64,000 nucleotides of DNA from Planctomycetota bacterium (lineage in GTDB: Bacteria > Planctomycetota > UBA8108 > UBA1146 > JAJFFE01), in assembly GCA_046154185.1 (NCBI GenBank), contig JBJXGE010000070.1:129935-193934 (forward strand), written 5' to 3'. Below are positions 38,385 through 46,669 of the stretch, one piece after another (the first letter of the stretch is position 1; the number at the start of each line of letters is the position of its first letter). Under the pieces are notes generated by a model. It searched no databases. It was not told the origin of the DNA and saw only the letters and a program-made list of their open reading frames with translations. A program made the translations under genes and the position numbers.

Positions 38385-39401
38385 ATGTCGTATTGGGGAC
38401 TCCTTTACAACGCGGCCGCCCATTCGGCGCAGCGTCGACGCGGCGCGCTCGAGACGCGAGCGTCGGCGCTCGCGCGCGCGCACGCGTCGGCGCCCGAAGT
38501 GCGCTGGATTCCGATCGCGGACCTCGATCGCGTGACGGAGATGCCAGCGCGTCTCATCGCAATTGGCGGCGATGGCACTGTGAATGCGGCCGCGTCGTGG
38601 CTCGCGCGCAAAGCCGACGCAGCCGCGCTGCGCAACGCGCCGCACCCCGCTATCGAACTCGGCATCGTGCCCGTTGGAACGGGCAATAATCTCGCGCGCG
38701 GACTCGCGCTGTCTCTCGATCCCGACGCCGCGCTCGAAGTCGCGCTTGGCTCGGGGCCGACGACGCCGCTCGACGCGCTGCGCTTTTCCAGCATCGGCGA
38801 CGAGCGTGAGTGGCTGTGCCTGCAAAGCGCCGCGCTCGGTTTTCCCGCGCGCGTCGCCGCGCGCTACGACTCGTGGCGCCGCCGCGCTTGGTTTCGCGCG
38901 CTCGCGCGCCCGACCGGTCCGTATATCTATCGCGTGCTCGCGGCGCTCGAACTCTTCGCGCAAGCGCGACGCCAATGGCGCCGCCGCGGCCTCGTCGAGA
39001 TCGCGATCGGCGACGCGTCGCGTCGCGAGTCCGCGATGGCGCTGTTCATCAACAACGAACGCTCACTCGGCGGCAACTTCATCCCGTGCCCCGCCGCTCG
39101 CATCGACGACGGCGCGTTCGACTATTGTCTCGTGCGCACGACGCGCGTCCGCGACTACGCTCACATCTTCAGCCGCGTCATCAAGGGCACGCACGTCGAA
39201 CTCACGACCGTCGTCGCGTGCGCCCAAAGCGCCGCGCCGGTGCGCTTCCAGTTTTCGACGCCGCTCACTCTCCTCGTCGACGGCGATCTACATAAAGGCG
39301 TGCACGGTATCGAGGTGCGGGTGATTCCGGGGTGCTTCCGGGTGCGGCGCGCGAGCAAGAAAAGCTCCGCCGGCCCTTCAGGCCGGAACCTCCCTTCTTG
39401 A
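38385..39401 (+). CDS. Diacylglycerol-kinase-family lipid kinase (YegS/BmrU-like)
   Basis: LIAIGGDGTVN and GIVPVGTGNNLAR are catalytic-domain motifs of this family. Confidence 0.8.
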   Translation: MSYWGLLYNAAAHSAQRRRGALETRASALARAHASAPEVRWIPIADLDRVTEMPARLIAIGGDGTVNAAASWLARKADAAALRNAPHPAIELGIVPVGTGNNLARGLALSLDPDAALEVALGSGPTTPLDALRFSSIGDEREWLCLQSAALGFPARVAARYDSWRRRAWFRALARPTGPYIYRVLAALELFAQARRQWRRRGLVEIAIGDASRRESAMALFINNERSLGGNFIPCPAARIDDGAFDYCLVRTTRVRDYAHIFSRVIKGTHVELTTVVACAQSAAPVRFQFSTPLTLLVDGDLHKGVHGIEVRVIPGCFRVRRASKKSSAGPSGRNLPS

Positions 39402-39900
39402 TCGTGACCCGGAGTAGGCCGCAGGGCCGGCCAACCCGACATCTCCCGGGGTAGGCCGCCGAGCCGGCCAACCCCGGGTTCATTCGGGAAAAGGATCCGG
39501 CCTGACAGGGCCGGCGGAAAGGCTATATCCCGTCGGGCCTTTCAGGCCCTCTCAGAAATCGGCGGCAGCGAATCGAACTTCGCTTGAATCGATGCGGGCG
39601 TGCGTTCGAAAACCTTGTGACCCAGATCATTCTCGTCCGCGTTGACTCCGTTGAACTCTTCGGGCCTTTCAGGCCCTCTCAGAAGGTGGAGGCAGTGAAT
39701 CCATCCTCGCGCTTGAATCCGCGCCGCCCGCGTTCGGAAGTTTTTCGACCCACAAGATTCTCGTTCTTGTCGGATCCTCTGAATTCTGAGGGCCTGCAAG
39801 GCCCGTCGGGTTAAAGCCCGGGGTTGGCCGGTCCGCCGGCCTACCCCGGGTTCGTTCGGAAAAGGGATCCGGCCTGAAAGGCCGGCGGAGAGTTGGGTCT
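39402..39900. repeat. Intergenic cluster of REP-like GC-rich palindromes with two divergent tandem ~128-bp units
   Basis: Units at 39535..39661 and 39662..39789 each begin with GGGCCTTTCAGGCCC, and a partial third copy lies at 39790..39804. A roughly 70-nt flanking element is present at 39450..39518 and 39821..39889, with its first 24-nt hairpin inverted between the two copies. There are many CCGGCC..GGCCGG hairpins. Confidence 0.6.
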
Positions 39901-40153
39901 AGAGCGGCATGCTCTCCAACGGATGAGATTGCATGCGAATACCGATCACGGTTTCGAGCTTCATCGAAAACTCTTAGGCAGAGACGGCTACAAAATCACC
40001 CACGTCTAGCACGACGCGGGCGGGAATCGAGTATTGACGTGCCCGAGCGCCGTCAGTCGACTAGACTATCGCGCCTTCGAGCGGTGCTCGACCGAGTCGA
40101 GGGTTTTTGAATTCCTACGGGCGGTGGTTTTCGCGTTGGGAAAGGGAGGCGGA

Positions 40154-42754
40154 ATGCTGAGACTCAGCCGAATGTTGTTGTTGGCCGGTGTCTGTTGCAC
40201 GATTTGCGCATTCACGAGTCCGGCGCACGCGCAAGGGGCCGGCACCACGGATGGCCGCGATATCATCGTCGGCGATCTGTATGACGTCGCTTCGTGGGGC
40301 GTTTCCGGCACGATCGCAGCGTTCTCGGTCGGCACGATCTCCTGCAACATCGGCGATGTCGCGGTGCCCTGGGTCGCATCGACGAACGAACATCCGGTCA
40401 TCGGGCAGAACATGTTTCGCCTCAAAGACGGCGTCATGGAACAAATCGGGCAAAGCTGGCTCAAGCATGGGTTCACGGCGTTGACGGGCACGACGTGCTC
40501 GGCCGGTTTGGGTGGCTGCACGGGGCCCGGCGGCTCGCAACTCAGTCCGGGCTGCTCCGATCCTTACTCCGCGGGTCTCAACGGTTCGCAAAGCAATCTC
40601 GGACCGCGCTCGCCGGTCAATGCCGCGACCGGATATTTCCCATACCCGTTCAGCGCGCCGTCGCCCGAGCCGGTGATCGGTCGGCGCTTGCAAGTCATCG
40701 TCGACGACCTGCTCCCGGCGCTCAATCCGGGAGCCGAGTACTTCGTGACGGGCCGCTACGTATCATCCGCGGATTCGGAGGACGAAAACGACAACAACAA
40801 TGTCTCGTACCGTCGCATCAACGTCGCGGGCACTTCGCCGTACACGATCTCGCTCATAGATTCGACTCAGCGGCAACTGACGGCGATCGACGCATGGCAG
40901 GATTCGCATGCGGATGTCGAAATCGACGTCATCGACATCAGCGGCGACGGACGCATCGTCCTCGGCACGCGCGTCATCGACCTCGGCGGCAATCAGTATC
41001 AATACGAGTATGCGATCTACAACATGACGTCGGATGCCTCGGTCGGGTCGTTCACCGTGCAAACGCCCCCGGGCACGTCGTTTTTGAGCACGGGCTTTCA
41101 CGCGGTGTTCTCACACAGCGGCGAGCCCTACTCGAACACTCCGTGGACGATCACGCCGGGCTCGACGAGCATCGTCTGGTCGACGCAGACGTTTTCCTCG
41201 AATCCGAATGCGAACGCGCTGCGGTGGGACAACATGTACAACTTCCGTTTCGTCACCGATCAGCCGCCGGTAGTGGGCAACGCCACGATTGGACTCTTCA
41301 AGTCGCCGGGCCAATTCACCGTTCAAACGCTCGTGCCGGATAACGGCACCATTTCGAACTTCTCGTGCGCCGTGAATGCGCAGGGCGTCCAACTCGACTG
41401 GCTCAACGGCACCGCGTTCACGACGATCGAGCTCCGGCGCAATGGCTCTAGCATCGCGACGTTGGCCGGCACCGCGCAGAGCTATCTCGATACGAGCGCC
41501 ACAGCGGGATTCAACCAGTACGAGGTCATCGGTTTCGTCGGCGCAGTGGCCGCGCCCGCCGCGGTCTGTGCGCTCGACGTACCCCAACCGCTCGTCGTGG
41601 CGTTCACGGGCGCGATTCCAAAACTCATCAGTGATCAAGGCGAAACGCTTGCGGTGACGATTACGCAGTTCAACGGCGGTGTGTACGCGTCCGGATCCGC
41701 GCAACTTCACGTCGATAGCGGCGCGGGTTTCGTGTCGACGCCGCTCATCGAGTCGCCGCCGCTCGCGTTCACCGTGAACTTGCCGGCGCTCGCGTGCGGC
41801 ACATCGATCGCGTTTTATGTGAGTGCGAACTCCACGCTCGGTGAGACCTTCACGGCTCCGGACGGGGCGCCGACGGTTGTGCACGAGGCGGTCGTGGCGA
41901 GCGCAATTGTGACGGAGTTCGCGGACACCATGGAGACCGACACCGGTTGGATCGTTGGCACGCCGAGTGATACCGCAACGACGTCGGGCATTTGGGTGCG
42001 CGAAGACCCGAATGGTTCCGCCGCTCAACCGGAAGATGATTCATCGGACGACGGCGCATTCGCATGGTTCACGGGCCAAGGCGCGCCCGGTGCGGCGCTC
42101 GGCGCGGCGGATGTCGATGGCGGCAGCACGACGCTGACATCGCCGGCGATCAATCTCGCGGGATCCGATAGTGCAGTGATCAGTTACAGGCGGTGGTTCT
42201 CGAACGACACCGGCGCGGCGCCTGGGCTCGACATCTTTGAAGTCGAAGTCTCGGCCGACGGGACCAACTGGGTGAACGTCGAGACGGTTGGACCGACCGG
42301 CGCCGAAGCGAGCGGTGATTGGTACTCGCACGAGTTTCGCGTCGCCGATTTCGTGACGCCGAGCGCTGCCGTGCGAGTTCGATTCCGCGCGAGCGACACG
42401 GGCGCGGCATCGATCGTCGAAGCCGCGATCGACTTCTTTGAGGTCAGAGACTTCGTGTGCGGCCCGCTCGGTGAGTCGTTCATGCGCGGCGACTGCAACG
42501 GCAGCGGGCTTCTCGACATCTCGGACGCGTCGTTCTTGCTCTCGCAACTGTTCGTGCCCGGTAGTCCGAGCGGCCCGTGCCAAGACGCTTGCGACGTGAA
42601 CGACGATAGCCTCGTCAACATCGCGGATGCCGTGTACACGTTGATCTACCTGTTCCAATTCGGCGCGAACCCGCTTCCGCCGTTCCCGGACTGCGCGATC
42701 GACCCGACGTTCGATGGCGTGAGCTGCGACAGCGTCCCGCCGAACTGTCCGTAA
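40154..42754 (+). CDS. Large secreted protein with C-terminal Cys-rich dockerin-like module
   Basis: Signal peptide MLRLSRMLLLAGVCCTICAFTSPAHA. The C-terminal 92 aa (nt 42476..42751) are FMRGDCNGSGLLDISD...CDVNDDSLVNIAD...PFPDCAIDPTFDGVSCD...CP. Confidence 0.7.
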   Translation: MLRLSRMLLLAGVCCTICAFTSPAHAQGAGTTDGRDIIVGDLYDVASWGVSGTIAAFSVGTISCNIGDVAVPWVASTNEHPVIGQNMFRLKDGVMEQIGQSWLKHGFTALTGTTCSAGLGGCTGPGGSQLSPGCSDPYSAGLNGSQSNLGPRSPVNAATGYFPYPFSAPSPEPVIGRRLQVIVDDLLPALNPGAEYFVTGRYVSSADSEDENDNNNVSYRRINVAGTSPYTISLIDSTQRQLTAIDAWQDSHADVEIDVIDISGDGRIVLGTRVIDLGGNQYQYEYAIYNMTSDASVGSFTVQTPPGTSFLSTGFHAVFSHSGEPYSNTPWTITPGSTSIVWSTQTFSSNPNANALRWDNMYNFRFVTDQPPVVGNATIGLFKSPGQFTVQTLVPDNGTISNFSCAVNAQGVQLDWLNGTAFTTIELRRNGSSIATLAGTAQSYLDTSATAGFNQYEVIGFVGAVAAPAAVCALDVPQPLVVAFTGAIPKLISDQGETLAVTITQFNGGVYASGSAQLHVDSGAGFVSTPLIESPPLAFTVNLPALACGTSIAFYVSANSTLGETFTAPDGAPTVVHEAVVASAIVTEFADTMETDTGWIVGTPSDTATTSGIWVREDPNGSAAQPEDDSSDDGAFAWFTGQGAPGAALGAADVDGGSTTLTSPAINLAGSDSAVISYRRWFSNDTGAAPGLDIFEVEVSADGTNWVNVETVGPTGAEASGDWYSHEFRVADFVTPSAAVRVRFRASDTGAASIVEAAIDFFEVRDFVCGPLGESFMRGDCNGSGLLDISDASFLLSQLFVPGSPSGPCQDACDVNDDSLVNIADAVYTLIYLFQFGANPLPPFPDCAIDPTFDGVSCDSVPPNCP

Positions 42755-42764
42755 CGATCCCGCG

Positions 42765-42838
42765 CTTTGCTGCGCCGACGCGCGGCGCAAAGTAGTTTTT
42801 TGGAGGCGCCCGATCTGGGCGCCTCTTTTCTTGTTTCG
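42765..42838 (+). terminator. Tandem intrinsic terminators
   Basis: Hairpin CTTTGC(T)GCGCCG-ACGCG-CGGCGCAAAG followed by TAGTTTTTT. A second hairpin GGAGGCGCCC-GATCT-GGGCGCCTC is followed by TTTTCTTGTTT. Confidence 0.65.
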
Positions 42839-42896
42839 AATCTGCGCCCCCGCCACCCCTTTGAACTCGCGCGCGCTTCGGGTCTAATCCGCGCCC

Positions 42897-43697
42897 ATGT
42901 CGGACTGGGTCGTCGCCATCATTTTGGGAATCGTCGAGGGCGTGACCGAGTTCATTCCGGTCTCGAGCACCGGGCACTTGCTCATCGCAGAGCATTGGCT
43001 CCCGCGGCAAAGCGACTTGTTCAATATCGTGATTCAGAGCGGCGCGGTGCTGGCAGTGTTGCCGCTCTTTCCGCAGCGGCTCCGCCAACTGTTGAACGCG
43101 TGGCGCGACGCCGCGGGACTCGACTATCTTCTGAAACTCGGCGCGGCATTCTTACTCACCGGCGTCGGAGGCATCGTCCTTTCGAAAGCCGGCTTCAAAC
43201 TGCCCGAGTCGCTGCGCCCGGTGGCGATCTCGTTGCTCGCCGGTGGCGTGCTGTTTCTCGTCATCGAACGCCGCAACGCCGGTCGTGTCGGCGACGCGCG
43301 CATCACGTGGACGATCGCCGTCGCCGTTGGCATCGCGCAACTCGTCGCCGCTGTATTCCCCGGGGCGTCGCGCTCCGGCGCCACGATCCTGGCGATGTTG
43401 CTCCTCGGCGCGAGCCGCCCCGCCGCCACTGAGTTCTCGTTCCTCGTCGGCATCCCCACTTTGCTTGCGGCGGGCGCACTCAAGATCTTTGACCACCTGA
43501 GCAACTCGACTCCGACCTCCGCCCCCGAGAATTGGCAACTCGTCGCGATCGGGTTCGTCGCATCGGCGTTGGTGTCGTTCGTCGTCGTGAAATGGATGCT
43601 GCGCTACGTCGAGACCCATTCGTTCGTACTTTTCGGTTGGTACCGCATCGCGCTCGGCGCCGGTCTCCTGGCCTGGTCGCTTGGCGTCGGGAGTTGA
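42897..43697 (+). CDS. uppP: Undecaprenyl-diphosphatase
   Basis: MSDWVVAIILGIVEGVTEFIPVSSTGHL is the canonical UppP/BacA N-terminus. Polytopic, 266 aa. Confidence 0.85.
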   Translation: MSDWVVAIILGIVEGVTEFIPVSSTGHLLIAEHWLPRQSDLFNIVIQSGAVLAVLPLFPQRLRQLLNAWRDAAGLDYLLKLGAAFLLTGVGGIVLSKAGFKLPESLRPVAISLLAGGVLFLVIERRNAGRVGDARITWTIAVAVGIAQLVAAVFPGASRSGATILAMLLLGASRPAATEFSFLVGIPTLLAAGALKIFDHLSNSTPTSAPENWQLVAIGFVASALVSFVVVKWMLRYVETHSFVLFGWYRIALGAGLLAWSLGVGS

Positions 43698-43730
43698 GTG
43701 ACGGCCTCGCAAGCGAAGCGCGCACAGGAG

Positions 43731-43770
43731 AATGCGTAGTTATTCACGGCGTGAATGAAAATCATTCATG
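43731..43770. promoter_or_regulatory. Near-perfect 40-bp palindrome (candidate operator) upstream of the dipeptidase gene
   Basis: TTATTCACGGCGTGAATGA-AA-TCATTCATGCCGTGAATA. Each arm is itself a TTCACG-G-CGTGAA palindrome. Confidence 0.35.
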
Positions 43771-43943
43771 CCGTGAATAGATCTCCAAGTACTGGCGCAG
43801 CGTGTCGGCCGCGGAGTGAGCGAGCCATCGCATCGCCTCGATTTCCAACCGAGGAGCGTCGCACGTTAACATGTCGCGCGCCGGCTCAGCCATTGATGGC
43901 GGGCGTTTGCGCTCGAGTTGAATCCTTCTGAGAGAAAACACCC

Positions 43944-45290
43944 ATGCCCGAAACAACGATGACCAACCTCTACGCCGAACACCTCACTCGCTTGGCCGAC
44001 TTCGGTCGTCGTGCGCTCGAGCACAGTCGCGCGCAGGGCGCGGAGTTCGCCGGCATCGTGTTCCATGCCGGGTCGGTCGAGTACTACCACGCGGACGATC
44101 ATCCGGTGCACTTTCATAGCGTGCCGCACTTCGCGCGCTACGTGCCGATCGCGGGTCCCGATCACTTGCTCGTGTGGACGCCGGGCGCGTCGCGGCTGCG
44201 GTTGATCGAAGTCGTGCCGACCGACTATTGGTTCGAACCCTTCGCAAAGCTCGAGCATCCCTATCGCGAGCACATGGACATCGTGACGGTCGAATCGGCG
44301 CAAGCGGCCATCGCCGCGATCGGCGCGGTGCCGCGGCACGCCTACATCGGTAACGATCCCAAAGTCGGCGCGGCACTCGGCCTCGCGCCCGCGGCGATTC
44401 AGCCGCCGGAACTCGTGGGCGCACTCGATTGGTACCGCGCGTACAAGACCGACTACGAAGTCGACTGCCTGCGCGCGGCCGCGCGCATCGGTGCGAACGG
44501 CTACCGCGCCGCCGCGCAGGGATTCCACGCGCGCGCGTCCGAGCGCGAGTTGTTCATCGCTTTTCAAGACGCGACGCAACAGTACGTGCCGGACCTCGCC
44601 TTCAATCCGATCATCGGGTGGGACGAGATGAGCAGCGTCCTCCACTATCAATCGAAACGCGCCACGCGGCCGCGGCCTGCGCACACGCTGCTGGTCGACG
44701 CCGGCGCGCGCGCGTTCGGCTACGCGAGCGATACGACGCGGACGTGGTGCCACGACGGCTGCGATCCGGTGTTTCGTGCGATCCTCGCGCGCCTCGATGC
44801 GCTGCAGCTCGAACTCTGCGCGCGCTGCCGGCCTGGCCAAGACTACGTCGAATTGCACGACGAAGCGACGCGCGGCATCGCGCGGATTCTCGTCGACGCG
44901 GGAGTTCTCAAGATCAGCGCGACCGACGCGTTCGAGCGCCGACTCGTGTGGCCGTTCTTCCCGCACGGGCTCGGCCATCACCTTGGCCTCCAAGTGCACG
45001 ATGTCGGCGGCAAGCTGCACGCGCCCGGCACGCAAATCGTGCCGCCGCCGGAGCGCGCGCCGCACTTGCGAACCACGCGGCCGCTCGAAGTCGGCCATGT
45101 CGTGACGATCGAGCCGGGGATTTACTTCATTCCGATGTTGCTCGCTCCCCACCGCACCGGCCGCGATGCGGCGGCCTTCCATTGGCCGCTCATCGATCGC
45201 CTGATTCCGTGCGGCGGCATGCGCATCGAAGATGACGTGCTCGTCACGAGCGGCGCGCCGGTGAATCTCACGCGACCGGCGATGGGATAG
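43944..45290 (+). CDS. Xaa-Pro dipeptidase / aminopeptidase P (M24 family)
   Basis: HGLGHHLGLQVHDVGG and the pita-bread fold metal ligands. 448 aa. Confidence 0.8.
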   Translation: MPETTMTNLYAEHLTRLADFGRRALEHSRAQGAEFAGIVFHAGSVEYYHADDHPVHFHSVPHFARYVPIAGPDHLLVWTPGASRLRLIEVVPTDYWFEPFAKLEHPYREHMDIVTVESAQAAIAAIGAVPRHAYIGNDPKVGAALGLAPAAIQPPELVGALDWYRAYKTDYEVDCLRAAARIGANGYRAAAQGFHARASERELFIAFQDATQQYVPDLAFNPIIGWDEMSSVLHYQSKRATRPRPAHTLLVDAGARAFGYASDTTRTWCHDGCDPVFRAILARLDALQLELCARCRPGQDYVELHDEATRGIARILVDAGVLKISATDAFERRLVWPFFPHGLGHHLGLQVHDVGGKLHAPGTQIVPPPERAPHLRTTRPLEVGHVVTIEPGIYFIPMLLAPHRTGRDAAAFHWPLIDRLIPCGGMRIEDDVLVTSGAPVNLTRPAMG

Positions 45291-45484
45291 CGGAACACGC
45301 TGGCGAGCCAGAAAGAGCAACGTCGCCGCGACGGGGCGCATCCCACGCATGGGACTCTCCGTGTCGCAAGCTCGTCGAGTCGGACGTCAATTGGGACGAG
45401 AAAGCCATAGTCGCCGCGTGCGTGCGCGCATTATCCTGAGCGCGCCCTCGATGAACTCGAACTCTCGACTCACAAGGAGAACGC

Positions 45485-46639
45485 ATGGAGCCAGCGACGA
45501 ATCGGCGCGACTTTCTCAAGTATTCAGCGGCGCTCGCGGCGCTTGGACTTTCGAGTAACGGTTCCGGGCTGCTTGCACTTGGCGCACAAGCGACACCGGC
45601 ACCCCTGCCAGCGCCATCGCCCGCAGCGAAGAAGCTGAAACTCCTCATTCTCGGCGGCACGGCGTTTCTCGGTCCGGCAATCATCGATGCGGCGAAGGCG
45701 CGTGGCCACACCATGACGCTCTTCAACCGCGGCAAGACGAATCCACAGTTGTATCCGGATCTCGAAAAACTCCGCGGCGATCGCGATGGCAAACTCGAGG
45801 CGCTCGTGGGCCGCAAGTGGGACGCGGTCATCGACACGTCGGCTTACGTGCCGCGCGAAGTGAAATTGTCCGCCGAGTTGCTCGCGCCCAACGTCGATCA
45901 GTACATCTTCATCTCGTCGGTGTCGGTCTACGCGCAGGGCGACGAAGCGGACGTCGATGAATCGAGCGCGGTCGGCAAGATCGACGACGAGACCATCGAG
46001 ACAGTGGATGGCGTTACGTACGGCCCGCTCAAGGCGCTCTGCGAGCAAGCCGCCGAGCGCGCGCTGCCGGGTCGCGTGACGAACATTCGGCCGGGTCTGA
46101 TCGTCGGGCCGGGGGATAAATCGGACCGATTCACGTATTGGCCCGTCCGTTACCAACGCGGCGGCGAAATGCTGGCGCCGATCGGCCCCGATCAAACGAT
46201 GCAGATCATCGACGTGCGCGACCTCGGCGAGTGGTGCGTCACGTGTCTCGAGCAGAAAATCTGCGGCGTCTACAACGCCATCGGACCCGCGAAGCCGCTC
46301 CGCTTCGGCGAGTTGTTCGATGCTTGTCGCAGCGCGACCGGTTCCGACACGCGCGTCACGTGGGTGGATGCGAAGTTCCTCGAGGAGCAGAAAATTCAGG
46401 CGTGGGCCGATCTCCCCTCGTGGATACCCGCGTCGGAGAAACTCGGACGCCAGCCGGTTACTTCGATCGAGCGCGCCGTCGCGAAGGGTCTCAAGTTTCG
46501 CCCGATTGCCACGACTGTCGCCGATCTCCTCAAGTGGCACGCGGAACGCGGACCGGACTACAAACTCAAAGCGCGCTTCACGTCCGAGCGAGAGCAGGCG
46601 GCGCTCGCGGCCTGGCACGCGCGCGACAAAAGAGGTTAA
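45485..46639 (+). CDS. Tat-exported NAD(P)-dependent epimerase/dehydratase family (SDR) protein
   Basis: Twin-arginine signal NRRDFLKYSAALAALG, followed by a Rossmann motif ILGGTAFLGPAII. Confidence 0.7.
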   Translation: MEPATNRRDFLKYSAALAALGLSSNGSGLLALGAQATPAPLPAPSPAAKKLKLLILGGTAFLGPAIIDAAKARGHTMTLFNRGKTNPQLYPDLEKLRGDRDGKLEALVGRKWDAVIDTSAYVPREVKLSAELLAPNVDQYIFISSVSVYAQGDEADVDESSAVGKIDDETIETVDGVTYGPLKALCEQAAERALPGRVTNIRPGLIVGPGDKSDRFTYWPVRYQRGGEMLAPIGPDQTMQIIDVRDLGEWCVTCLEQKICGVYNAIGPAKPLRFGELFDACRSATGSDTRVTWVDAKFLEEQKIQAWADLPSWIPASEKLGRQPVTSIERAVAKGLKFRPIATTVADLLKWHAERGPDYKLKARFTSEREQAALAAWHARDKRG

Positions 46640-46669
46640 TGCGCGTTCACGTCGCAGGAGCCGAGTAGC

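Noticed and set aside
39535-39805. Possible CRISPR array because of the tandem repeats
   Set aside because: The units are about 128 bp, divergent at roughly 70 percent identity, and not separated by unique spacers. They have REP/BIME-like hairpins, not 25-40-bp CRISPR repeats.
39542-39814. Small ORFs (85 aa minus, 76 aa plus) inside the repeat cluster
   Set aside because: They lie entirely within palindromic repeat units, have no RBS, and their composition is dictated by the repeats.
40032-40075. Promoter call from TTGACG at 40034 upstream of the large dockerin-protein gene
   Set aside because: No convincing -10 element at 16-18 nt spacing (TCGACT/TAGACT are poorly spaced). Too speculative to list as a feature.
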